Under the pieces are notes generated by a model, which saw only the letters and a program-made list of their open reading frames with translations, made no database searches and had not been told where the DNA came from. From contig ADNK01000771.1 in assembly GCA_000320545.1 (NCBI GenBank), positions 1 through 41,657 on the forward strand: DNA of 41,657 nt, in the 5' to 3' direction. Below, one piece after another: positions 22,096 through 34,029 of the stretch (the stretch's first letter is position 1; every line of letters starts with the position of its first letter). This stretch comes from Bigelowiella natans CCMP2755 (taxonomy: Eukaryota; Protista; Cercozoa). The translations under genes were made by a program, and so were the position numbers.

Positions 22096-23454
22096 TTAAG
22101 CCCACCATGGCTTTTCGCCGGTGCGGAAGTCCGTCTCGGTCCAAGGGGAGAGAAGAATCTTTCCGTTATCGTCCTCTACGTGTGCGAGTTGAAGAGGACG
22201 AGGAGCAGGTCCACGGACTACGTGTCCATCAGGAGCGTACTGGGATCCATGGCAAGGGCATTTGAACTTGTTAGATGCTGCATCCCATGGCACAACGCAT
22301 CCAAGGTGGGTGCAAATAGCGTTTAGACCGTAAGAGTTGAGGGTGCTTCCGTCATCATTAACGATGAGGTAGGTTGGGTCACCCTTGATTCCCTGTACTA
22401 GGTCGCGAGCATTCTTCTTGTGTGACTGTGGTGAGCAAATTTTACATGAAAATGTCAATTCCCTGTTTTGATACTGTCCAACTTATAAATTTGTGTTTTG
22501 CTTTGCTTGAAATCAACACGTATGGCATGTAATTACAGAGTATTCTTTCAATGTGCACATTCATTCCTCTGATTATTCAGATGGTTGACTTCTTACCTTA
22601 AACCACGACTCAGCGGAAACAGGGTTTCCAAGAGCGTCAAGAGCTCCAACAGCTCCACCACCTCCACCGGTTTGTGGAGGGTAGAAATAGTATAGATAGC
22701 ACCCACCAGCGGATGCAACAACAGGAGCAACGGCAGCTGCAACAACCAAAAAAAAATGAGATGACTGATAAAAGCAGCAGGGCAGTGCAGTCTGGATGCC
22801 AAAACCAACTTCTCCCTGTTTCTCTCTCTCACACACACACACACTCACAACCGCACGTACATCCAGCGTGCATTAGTTGCCCTCCTAGATATCATCACGA
22901 AACATACGCGTTAACCGAAAAGAAGCTTACCAAGAACGAGGTTGTTCATAAGTTTCCTCTTGCCCATATCAGGAACCATATCAGGCTGAGAGAAAACATT
23001 CATCATTTAAATCTTCGGTAGAAAAATGCACGTGTCAGGACACACCCATGACAGCATAACTATAACCCCTCATCTTTCCATCATAATTTATCTAAAAATG
23101 ATTCGACTACGTTGGAAAGGAAAGCTTGAGCAACAGCCTTCCTTGAGCTAGATGGAAGCTGATTTCGCGAAACCCTGCTTACAGCGTTTTGAAACGATGT
23201 ACGAGGAGCAGCGATCTGAGAATTCAAATCGTACTTAGGCAAATTTTTAAGGTAGAGCTGCATTTATTTTATGTTATATAATGGCCACGTGAACAGCTGC
23301 GCCGATGCATAAAATAAAACACCACCTTTCCCCTGACAGCAGAGAGCTGGAGGGATCCTTCCTGTGTTCTGTTGACAGCAACGGAGTACAGAAGGACGCC
23401 TACAAGAAGGGCATTGACCGCAATAGAGAGGAGAAGGGAGCGTGACTGCGCCAT
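22096..23454 (-). CDS. petC: Cytochrome b6f Rieske iron-sulfur subunit precursor with bipartite plastid-targeting leader; exons 23454-23326, 23215-23111, 22985-22931, 22736-22597, 22425-22096 (252 aa)
   Basis: Rieske boxes [10 protein letters not shown] and CPCHGSQY, the [11 protein letters not shown] start of the mature protein, and a signal peptide [26 protein letters not shown] followed by a Ser/Arg-rich transit peptide. All introns are GT-AG and in phase. Confidence 0.97.
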
Positions 23455-24416
23455 CGTTCTGCAATGTATAAATTGTGGGTATCGCTTTCCTGGCGCGTCT
23501 ACGTCTACGATCGGTCGAGATTCGGGATTGCGTAGTGACAAAACGCCGTAGGAAAAATCCAGAATTAGATACATTTACTAGTCGCAGTAATAAATTCAAA
23601 TATACCTGAGGGGTTTGGGTGGTTTGAAACGGACCTCTGGAGTCGTAGACCATTCAGAGCCGGTTCTTTTCCAAATAAATTAAACTTTAATACATCGGTC
23701 CCTAAGGATCTAGGGGATTTATGTTTTGAATTATCTTATTTATTTATGACGCATTCATGATATGTAGCGAATCACCAGATTTTATCAGGCCCGAGTTTTT
23801 TGATCCTACAATTGGACAGGCGGCCAAACTTGTGGCTGAATTTCGTCGATTGAAAAGTCACCAAGAAGTCAAAATAATGGAGTAATTACCCTTCAAAAGT
23901 ACACCGAAATTGAAACTACCGGATATTAGGGGGCAATTACAAAAAATCCTCCAATTTAATGATAAAATGAAAACGGCAATAGCGGTATTACATATTGACA
24001 AAGAATTCTGACTAAAATTTAGCATGATAATAGAGTCATTGTCGTTTTTCAATCCAAAAATGGATCGTGCTCTTGTGGATCCTTGTCGTGTATTTTTTCG
24101 ACAAATATTTTCCTCATCTCCAGAGAGACTCGAAGCCACAGCTACATCTTCGTATCCTAAGGATTCTTGCGTCGTCCCACGTATTGATTCCGCGCTGTGA
24201 GATCGAGTTGGGTTTATACAGTAAGCGGAGATATTACCATGTCGCAGTGCATTAGTATCTTGTATTTTATGCGAAGAAACATATCCAAGGAGCATCAAGC
24301 ACGTCACTCCATCCCCTTACCTCTGGTTGTGATTCTGCTTCTGACGTATCGTAGCCCCGACGCGTACCGCACAAGTTGCATTTAACAAGTTGTGTGTTGT
24401 ATAAAATAGTCAAAAA
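23455..24416. promoter_or_regulatory. Divergent intergenic/5' region shared by petC and mevalonate kinase
   Basis: 962 bp between the divergent ATGs. Positional inference only. Confidence 0.35.
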
Positions 24417-26178
24417 ATGGGAGAAGAAAAAAAGTCATCGAAGAATATCGGATTCGGAAAGCTCATCCTATTTGGAGAGCACTTCGTTGTTTACAAGGTG
24501 CGCAAATCAGAGGTATACCTCTGCATACTCGCTAACACATTCGTCACTACAGGTGCCTGCTCTGGTTGCAGCCGTCAAGGCAGCCACTGAATGCAAAGTG
24601 GAGGTGAGGAATGTTAGTTGCAGCTTCAAGTGTCGGTGTACTAATAGATTTTACATTTTTTATATTTCTGTTTCCAGCTATCTTCTAAGACAACCGAATC
24701 TGAAGATGGGGCCTGGTCAAGTGGGCTACTGGTAATCCATTTACGATAATATTAATTTTATTCGGATGATATCTTCCACGCCAGCTGCTGTATCTCCATC
24801 GAGGAGGATAAAAGAAGGGGTGTGTGTGTGTGTGCTAGGTGGCGTGGCTACGATATTACCTCAAGTATTTTCTTCATATTCTAGATTGAGGACAATCGCC
24901 CAGCAGTCCCCGGATACAAGCGCAAGAAACGTGATGAAATGATTGAGGTTCTTGTCTCCGATAACAACCTTGTTGGTGTCAAACTTCTATCTCTTTGGAA
25001 TGAGAAAAAAGGAAACCTTTCGGCATATCTAATTTATTCTCTCTCCCTCGCTCTCTCTCTCTCAGGCAACCAAACTGGTTCTTAAGCACTTCAAGGTTGA
25101 CCACGAGAAGCGAGGAGTGAAGGTGTGCTTCCCTGCCGTACCTCTAATTAAATACTTATCGCTTTGCAAAGCGCTTGAGAAACCCAAATCCAAGAATAAA
25201 TCATTTCCAAATTGACATGGAATCATCACGTGAACCAGATCACCTTGGGCGGAGATTTGTGCGCGGTATCTGGAATTGGAGCGTCTGCGAGCAATGCTGT
25301 GTCGTTGTCTCGTGCCCTGGCTGATGCGCTTGGTTGCACCACACACACAAACACACGCACAAACATACACACACATAACCTGGCATACATATGTACTATG
25401 TGTGCTTGAGGAAACAATTCTATTAAAGACTTTCGTGCATTTGATACCAAGTTCATGCGATGTTCCTATTTTCATATTCCATTCAATATTTTGGCGATGA
25501 CAGGCATGGAGCTGACAGAGGAAGAAATCAATCGTGCAGGCTATGAGGGCGAGAAGGTATTAGTAATAGTAGTACATCTTCTAGTTCTACTGGGATGGGA
25601 ACGTGACAACTTCATGTGACATGTAGCAGCATGATTGCTAAAGTGTGTTTCGTCTACTCGTTTTTGTTTGCTGAGTAGGGCTACCACGGCACTCCTTCCG
25701 GCATCGACAACACCGCTGCCACATATGGAGGGGTTCTTAGCTTCTGTCGCACGGTCCGTTACCCTGATACGTGTAAGAAATAGGGGGAGGGAGTCAGTGT
25801 CAAAGGCATAGTCTGGCCACTCAATTCTCTAACTATTAAAAGAAGAATGTTTTTTCTCATCCATTCTGTAATCATCGTCTCCTGAGCGTGGTACCGACCC
25901 TTCCTGCTTCTCGTAAATGCTACCATTGTCATACTTTCCACCTGACGAAGTCTTTTTTGTTCTCTTTATTCAATATTTGCAATGTGCTTCCATTCGGCCG
26001 TAAATCAGGACGGAGATCCTAAATTCGAAATCAAAAAGTCAGTAATAATACACATGCGGAATATTCATGATTTATATGCATGTTTGTCATCGTCGTACGT
26101 GCCAGCTGGTTGCTTTGACTTATGTTTCTTCCGGTTCGCTGTATTTTTCTCTATTTCTTCGGTGCTTTGTTGCATATA

Positions 26179-26215
<37 letters not shown>

Positions 26216-27734
26216 CCTTGTTTTGTAAGCTGGTCTGTGCTACTTGCGTCAAGATATTACTTGTCTCCCAAAGAAGTGACACGAAGAAAATATCATCAGG
26301 TTGCCTTCTCCTTGCCGCATCGTGTACGCTTCAACCGGCATCACCTCATCAACTACGAAAGTTGTGGGCGACGTAAGGAAAAAGAAAGAGGCTGACCCTG
26401 AATGGTGTGTACCGAGAAGGAGGAGGAGGAGGAGGAGGAGGGGAACTCTTTACTTGCCATAACGTTTCAGCGACGATAGCATCGAGATGTCCACCAAATT
26501 ATTTATTACTAGCGTTCCTTCTGTCGAGTAGTATCGCCGCTCTCCTCCTCCTCCTTCTCCTCCTGATACACTTCGCATTGCGTTTTATCTGTCCGTCTAT
26601 GTATCATCCATCTATCTGTATCTACAGGTTTGACAAGCTGTTGGTACAGTACAAAAAGGTGTACGAGGAGGCTGACAAGGCTCTGGAGCAAGGTGGGTGG
26701 TCATGCAAGCCGAGTAGTGTTCAACGTGCTGTATGAAATAGGACTAGAAGTAGTAGTTGAACTACTAGTAGAGTAATTCCCATAGCCAAAGGAAGATGAG
26801 GTGGTGACGTTATGTTTTTCATTATTTCGAGGTGAGGAGTAACAATAGCTTAACCTCATCATCTTCGTCCCCCTATTATCCCTTCTCCTCCCACACGAAG
26901 TTACTCATCGCCAACCCCCCCCCTTTTCTAGGCGACTGGAAGAAGGTTGGAGAGCTCGCAGATGAAAACCACAAGCTTCTGCAGCAGCTTACGGTTGGTG
27001 TTTGTGGTGAAAATAGTAGAAATGTTTGTGGAAGGAGTAGTGGTGGGGTAGTAATAGTAAGAATGGTAGAAGAGATAGCGATAAAAAAGAGTTGAAGTGT
27101 GTTGGGGATGATATTAGGTGAGCTGCAAGGAACTTGACGACCTCGTCGATGCCGCCAAAAAGGTCAGAAGATGAGACGTGCGAAGAAGATGACCCTGTAA
27201 TAGTTATATCGAAAGAACCTCCCACACTTACCTGTCACCATATCTTTCCACCTTATCATATTGACCGATATTTTGATCGCACCCTTCCACGTCATCCATT
27301 TTTTATTGTTGTATCTCGCCATCATCACAACCGTCGTTTTCTTCTTCCTTGGTGTCGTCACCATCGTATGTCAGTGTGTTGTCAAAGTTATTTAAAATCT
27401 TCCACTAAAATGATAGGCTGGCGCCACCGGGGCAAAAATGGCCGGGACAGGGCGTGGAGGGCTCATGTAGGATTGATAGTTGTAGTATTTTCAGTGTTTG
27501 CAGTTGTCATCGTTGTTAGGTTGGTGCGGTCATCTTGCGGTTTACTGCTGGGAACTTTTTCATCATTTCTTAAATAACATCAGTAGCAGCAGGAGAACCA
27601 TCACCATCTTGATTTATACCTTCCTGACCTTACGCCTTTACTGTTCTTGTGCGTTTTTACAGGTGGGCGATTTGCCTCGATGAGAAGTCTCAGAACGAGG
27701 TTGCAAAAGAACTTGTCGCAAAACCTTCCAGCTC

Positions 27735-27773
<39 letters not shown>

Positions 27774-27904
27774 CGCTCGCTCTTCTCAATCTGTTTGACA
27801 TGGATCTAGGCGTTTTTCTTTTCTTGACTAGTCATTCATCTTCATAGGTTTTTGACGCGCTCTCTAAGATTGCTCCGCAAGCTTGGAAAACCGAGTTCGC
27901 GTGA
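24417..27904 (+). CDS. MVK: Mevalonate kinase (GHMP family), 16 exons, 325 aa
   Basis: Exons 24417-24497, 24553-24603, 24678-24731, 24885-24947, 25066-25122, 25239-25332, 25504-25556, 25679-25753, 26009-26037, 26300-26404, 26628-26692, 26932-26993, 27118-27162, 27417-27466, 27663-27699 and 27848-27904 splice in frame. Motifs: GKLILFGEHFVVY, SGIGASAS, YHGTPSGIDNTAATYGG, GAKMAGTGRGG. Confidence 0.95.
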
Positions 27905-28789
27905 GGCAGCAATGTTGTAAAAGTCTAGTTTGGGTGAGGAAAAAATTAGAGGGAGAATCCAGGCAGTACAATTTAGGATGACGACAAGACTTCAAGGCCG
28001 TTGCTCTTCACAGTACTAACATCATCATGCTAAAAACCGTGGCCAAAAGTGGATTGCGTATGCTCATCTGCTCAGCATTGGATTGAATTAGGCCTGCACA
28101 GTGTGCATGTCATTTCGCTGTTTAACCGAAATACTTGCACTCACTAGCTCACAGCATTTGTGTTCAGTCCATTTTTTGATTGTCAAATCGCTGCACATGT
28201 AAATGAATCTTGGCGCTCGTGCGTAACATCATTTGCTCGCGTGTGCTCTCGAGGCGGGGACACGTTGGCTGTCAATCATTGGGCAGTACGTGGTACCAAA
28301 TGTGCATGCGAGGCTCTCTAGAGCTGTCGTCAAAGTACTAATACTCTGCACGCACTAGCTGTCGCCTGACAGAATCAACGCTGTTGATAGTGATACATTT
28401 CATGTGTCGCAGTACACTCACAACGTGCGTGCAAGTTAGAAGCTAGCCGCATGAGGCTCGATCCCCAATGCAAGTAATTCATGCGTGTGTGTGTAATGCT
28501 GTAGTAGTAAGACAAACATGCATTATGAACACATGCTGATGAAACTATGTTAAGTGCAATCTTGCTTCTGCATGCCAATATGTTGGCGTTCCAACTCCGT
28601 GGCCCGGACGTGCATTAGCAGCATGATTCGAAGGCAAAGTTGCATGATCCCGATGGCCTTTTGCTATTGTTCGGTGCTATGCATGTTGCAATATTTGAAT
28701 ACAGAAAGTATGGCGCGAAGAAATCAGACACCTGCAAAGGATTACTACATTCAAAGCTACTAAAACCATGTTTGACACTTGCTCCTCAA

Positions 28790-29236
28790 CTACTTAGTTG
28801 GAACGCTGGCCTTGATTTCCCCATGAACTTCATTAAGCTCTTTCGCACCGGCAACATGAAGACTTTCCTTTGCACGGTTGCCTGCAAGTAGTAAATTGGA
28901 GTGAGAACAAATGAGCACTAAACTCGTAGAAATGCCTCTCTTGCAACTGAAGCCCAGTTAAGGAAAGGAAGAGAATGTGAGTGGGGAGTAGGAAGGTCTC
29001 TCTAATTACATTCGCCAATGACGACGACGATTGTGAGGAAGGTTACAAACGCCACGAAGACAATTGCGTATACAATAAGTGTTTCCGTCTGACCCACAGC
29101 CTGTGCAGCGAAAAGAGCTGCCCAGGATAGAGCAAGGAGAATATAGGCGACGATAAACACTGCAGTTACTGCACCTAACGGTCATTGCTCATATCAGCTT
29201 ACTCGTCGTAAAAATACGTATGAGTACACAAGCAGG

Positions 29237-29291
<55 letters not shown>

Positions 29292-29778
29292 TACAATGAG
29301 TGAACAGCTGAAAACAGTTGCTAGCATCGTTAAAATACACCCCATTGTTTGCACGATAGCCCTTGATAGCTCAGAACGCCAGTAACCTTATCCCTGTAGC
29401 AGCACATTGGCTCGCTCTATTGCATGTTAAACATGAATCATTTAAGAAGGGAGTGGTGAGTAGAGAAGTGATATGACTGAGCTTCGTGAAGTATAGTTTC
29501 TAAACAAATGCAAAATAATTCCTGCCAAAATAATAACACTTGTTGGGGACAGAAAGGAAGAAATACTACTTCGAGGGGATCCTCCCCAGCACGGCGGGTG
29601 GTGGACATCATGTCGGCTAATCCCTTCTTCGGTTCCTTAAAGATGCATACATTATATGAGTTGATAGCAGGCGAGATACGAAGCACGAATGAATTAGAAG
29701 CACCTTCTTCTCCCCTATCTCTTCCTTCTCTTGCATCTGGAACTTTTTCTCTTCTAATGGCTCGATTTTTACTTCCAT
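28790..29778 (-). CDS. Hypothetical membrane protein, multi-exon
   Basis: MEVKIEPLEEKKFQMQEKEEIGEKK|EPKKGLADMMSTTRRAGEDPLE..., plus a hydrophobic exon GAVTAVFIVAYILLALSWAALFAAQAVGQTETLIVYAIVFVAFVTFLTIVVVIG (about 29180-29010). Some junctions and the last exon are unresolved. Confidence 0.55.
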
Positions 29779-30676
29779 AGTTGCCTACAAAGGCGATAAA
29801 GAGAGAGAGGAGAGCTCAAAGGAACAGTGATTGGGTTACTATTGGCCGGGAAAGACCTGCGTGCGTGGCTGCTCGATATAAGTACGGATAGGGGGGAAGG
29901 AAGAAGACGGCGAGTGAGTCAGTTCTATTAGCTCCGATGCCAACTCATGAACGCCTTCCATTTTCATGGGATATTTGCTTTGTCCGTCTGCTTGTTGGTA
30001 TAAATCCTCGGCAGAATTCTTCCTGTTCGAAATATTCTGGAAGTCGAAGATGCTCTGGATCGGTAGCCGTGCAGGAGCTTCAGCTGTTTACGGGAACGCA
30101 TACGATTTTCTGCTGCCGTCATGGCCTTCGTTCGATATCCGGAATAAAATCGAGAAAACACACCGGTGTTTGCATAATACATTGATTGTTCTGATTCCAT
30201 GTGCTGCATTGGGCCGCTTTTGGGTTTTGAGACATAGCAGAATCCATGTCTTTAATAACAATCCTAGTGCAAGGAGAGCCAACTCGAATTAAAACCGGCC
30301 AACCCAAGACAGTATTTATCAAAGGAGTATAAGCAAACAGCGTTGGTTATTGCTGTAATTAGAAAACGAAGGCTAACAAGCGCCCTGCGACAATTATGAA
30401 GAGGCAGCAGCAGGTGAGATCGAAATAAAAAAAGTCATGCTTGTATCGTGCACAGAACAAACGAAGAACACTTCCGATGGAAATTCAACACAGACGGCTG
30501 AGATTTTACAGGGCGATTTGTGTCCGAATCACATCGTACGACACATCTTAGCAACAAACTCCCCTTTGTGCAGTGTTCGGAACACATCAACGGGCTGCGG
30601 CACTGCTCCGACCAGGTGACAGACACCCGTGGCGACGATATTCCTTGAACACAAGCACACTTACACGATTGCAGCG

Positions 30677-31859
30677 ATGGGAGCCTGCTCCAGCAATAAA
30701 GTAGACGACGATAGGATCGAGACCACAAATATGAAGGTCTATCGCCCTAGCGGGGTCCCCCCTCCTCTCCCCAGAACGAAAAGGTAGGCAGCCATTGATT
30801 CGAATAGCGAAATTTTACTGTAGAATTCAGAATCAAATTCCTTTGTTTTTATCCTCTATCATCATATGCTGCTCTTTCCAATCAACATACAGAGACGAGA
30901 AAAACATTACCCCATTGGATGTTGATGGAGACGAAGTTAACGTAGTGAAGCTAAGGGACTTCCTAAAAACAAATGGTCAACAGCGGTCTTGTTTCTCTTC
31001 TTCCTCCTCCTCCACTCCGTCTATGACTACGCCACTGCAGCACTACGTCTATCAACAACATAACGATAGTGAAGACCAGAAGGGTAACTCGGAGCGCAGG
31101 GAGAGGTATCGAAAAACATCCCTGGGACCTTGTGCACCTGAGAAAGAAACACACAGCCCTGCTGTCCAGTTCACAATGATTAACTACTGTATTGTTGAAA
31201 TTCTGCTGCTAGGTACGAAGAGATTGTACGCTGCATCAGTTTATTGGAGGAAGTATACAGCTGTGTGGAGCCGGCCGACAAGTAAATACTTCGATAATAT
31301 GACCAAAAGATATGTGTTTCACTTTCTCATGATGTATCCATCACCTTCCATGTCTCATGCAATACGATATTTGATTGATTCCCGGTTGTAACAATGCAAC
31401 CTATGCAGACGAGCTCGGGAAGTAGACCGAACTGCAGCAAGTAGGGCAGGAACCCAGCTTACATACGGGGAGATTAGCCCCTACGGTATGTGGTGTGTGT
31501 GTATCTGTGTGTTGTGTGTGTGATTTCGTTACAAAATAACCAGATAATAAATTACAAGTTCGTTGCTTCATTGCTTCTTCTTCTTCTTCCTCCTCCTCTT
31601 CTTCTCTTGATTGTAGGCGTAGAAGTCATGATGGATAGCTTTCACATGAATGCAAGACAGGCAACGGCCATGGTCGACATAGGTTGTGGAGCTGGAAAGC
31701 TTGCCATCCAGTGCTTCGAGCAGTTCCCGAACCTCAAACATGGTCCGTATCCTCACATTCTCTTCCACTACTCATATCATAACTAGTGTTTGTATTATCA
31801 CATAAATGTATTTTGTTGTGTGTGTGTGTATGTGTGTGTGTGTGTGTGTGCAAGTGAAA

Positions 31860-31919
<60 letters not shown>

Positions 31920-33152
31920 TAGAGAAAGAGAGAGAGAGAGGAGGGGGGGGGGAGAGTTGGGAGAAAAAAGTAAAATGTTTGACTATAGTAACCAATATTC
32001 GTGCGCCTGTGTTGCTCCATTTTAATATGCAGTGATTGGAATCGAAATAAGCCGCGACCGCTTTCGGCTGTGCAGAACAGCACTCGGGCGGTACGCAAAG
32101 ATCCTGGAGAAGCAGAAGACGAAGAGAATTCTCTGCAAGATGTGTGTAAATGCAAATGTGCTTGATTGAGTCCGAATCCACATCTGACTCATTCGGTTGT
32201 CTACCTTGTACTCATATGTCTTCACACTTTCCTTGTTTAATGCGTTATGTCTTTTTTTCCCATTCCATACGCAGAGATACAGACCTTTTACATTCTCATG
32301 ATAATCGTGTCCTCAAGACGCTCGACCTTGTTACTATAAACAACGACGATGAGGACGATGATCCTTATTATGTACATGATGAGGAGCTTAAGATTGGAGC
32401 TCTCATGGCCTCGGAGAAAAAGGATCAGTACGATGAGGAGGAAGAAAACCACGAGAGTAAATCACTTCCCCAGCAACATCTCCCTCAGTATCGGCAGCCA
32501 ACGTCCAAACGAAGCAAGGAGAAGATTATGAAAAAGAACAAGAAAAAGCAGAGGAGCGGGAAGACAAAGAAGGATTTTGACCTCTCCCAAAGATGTCTGG
32601 AATTCCACTGCCAGGACGTAGGATGCTTGGCTGCAAAGATAGCGGAAGTTGAACCAACAGTGGTGATCATGGACGTCGCGTTCCTGGACATGCCTGTTGC
32701 CCTTGGGCGCGTGCTAATGTCGCTACCACTGGGGGCTCGTGTACTTAGCTACGAGAACATCCGCCGCAAGTGGCCTCTCAGCTTTTTCCCCTTTGTTGGT
32801 GAGTATTATTTCCGCATGAAGCGATGTGCAGCTCTATGATAGCGATACCGATATATGGGTGTTAGTAGTAGCGGCTGTGGTGTAGATGAAAGAAAGATGA
32901 CGGTGTGATGATACAATGATGTTATTACTCACACTATTTGTTAATATTATAGAAATTAACAAGGGACATCACTATCCAACAAGCTGGCAGGCAGGGGTAG
33001 GCCACATCTTCTTCACGTGGGTGAAATGCCTTCCTGCTGCTAATGAACCTACGAGCAGAAGGAAGAAGACTGCAGCCTTCGCCGCACGTCGAGGACGTTC
33101 CTGGCCAGCAACCCGCAGCAACGACGACATCAACTGTGACTATACGGCATGA
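30677..33152 (+). CDS. DOT1-like class I SAM-dependent methyltransferase, multi-exon
   Basis: In-phase exons give LTYGEISPY|G (31409-31485), MVDIGCGAGKLAIQ (31617-31742), VIGIEISRDRF (32033-32090) and a late YPTSW motif (32953-33152), the motif order seen in DOT1-family proteins. The putative start MGACSSNK at 30677 is less certain. Confidence 0.7.
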
Positions 33153-33203
33153 TAAATGCATTTAATCCGCACGTTTACATGCAGTTCTAGACACGCACGC
33201 ATG

Positions 33204-33302
33204 CACATCCACACTGCAGCTACCGATGCGCATGACGACGCATCCGTATAGCAGAGCTCACATCCACACTCTAGCAGTGCAGCTACCGATACGCATGACG
33301 AC
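33204..33302. repeat. Short imperfect direct repeat (33204-33239 / 33259-33302)
   Basis: CACATCCACAC...TGCAGCTACCGAT(G/A)CGCATGACGAC occurs twice; the second copy has a 7-8 bp insertion. Confidence 0.8.
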
Positions 33303-33429
33303 AGACGGCGCAGCTTGCTGTCTGGCTAATTACTGTGTCTATTTTGCTACGCTTGTTCGAGTTGTGAGCACATCACTGCAACAAGGCGATGATGACGGCA
33401 TTGACACACTGCGTGCACAGCAATGGTAA

Positions 33430-33881
33430 CTCAATGCAATTTTGCGTCTTGAAGATTGTCATGAATCAAGCTAGCAAGTGCCACCATGAGCATGTCCGCA
33501 AGGGGAGATGCGCATGACAATTGCAAGCAAGAACAGAGTGCATGTCACACATGTAGTGCATGTGTTGTTCACTGTGAACCGGAGACTAGAAAAAAGTGTT
33601 TCTGTGTCAGGTAGAGTTACAGAATGCAGTTCTTTGAACACAACTGCTTCTAGAGCTCAGTCAAGCATCCATGTTGCACCTAGGCATGTGAATTCTTTGC
33701 ATCCAGCTTCGTGTTTCTCATCTTCGATGTCCATTTTTCTCCAGAATTCTTGCCACCTTTGAAGATCCAAACTTGGTGCCAAATGAGCCCACCCTCTGGT
33801 TTGTACTCTTTGGAGAGCCACATTCTTGGGATGTGAAATGAAGCATCTAGACCCGCATGTCGCAAGGACGATGATCATGTA
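33430..33881. repeat. TpA-depleted island containing a Tyr-free degenerate coding-like fragment (33657-33878, minus)
   Basis: 10 TA in about 450 bp, 8 of them in TAG. Confidence 0.55.
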
Positions 33882-34029
33882 GGTCGTTGCGGAAACAGGT
33901 GCCGATTTTTAAAAATATGACAGCTTATTTCTTGTCGTTCTTGAAACATAGCAAGACTTTTCTCTTCTAGCCGTTTGCTACATGATCATCGTCTTAGATC
34001 TAGATCTATGTACTTTGGATTGGAAAATT

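Noticed and set aside
23858-24307. 149-aa minus-strand ORF between petC and MVK
   Set aside because: No recognisable motif or splice support; it lies in the shared upstream region.
27905-28789. Another TpA-void island between MVK and the membrane-protein gene
   Set aside because: It is CATG/TGCA-rich, but I count about 30 TAs in about 700 bp, so there is no clear depletion.
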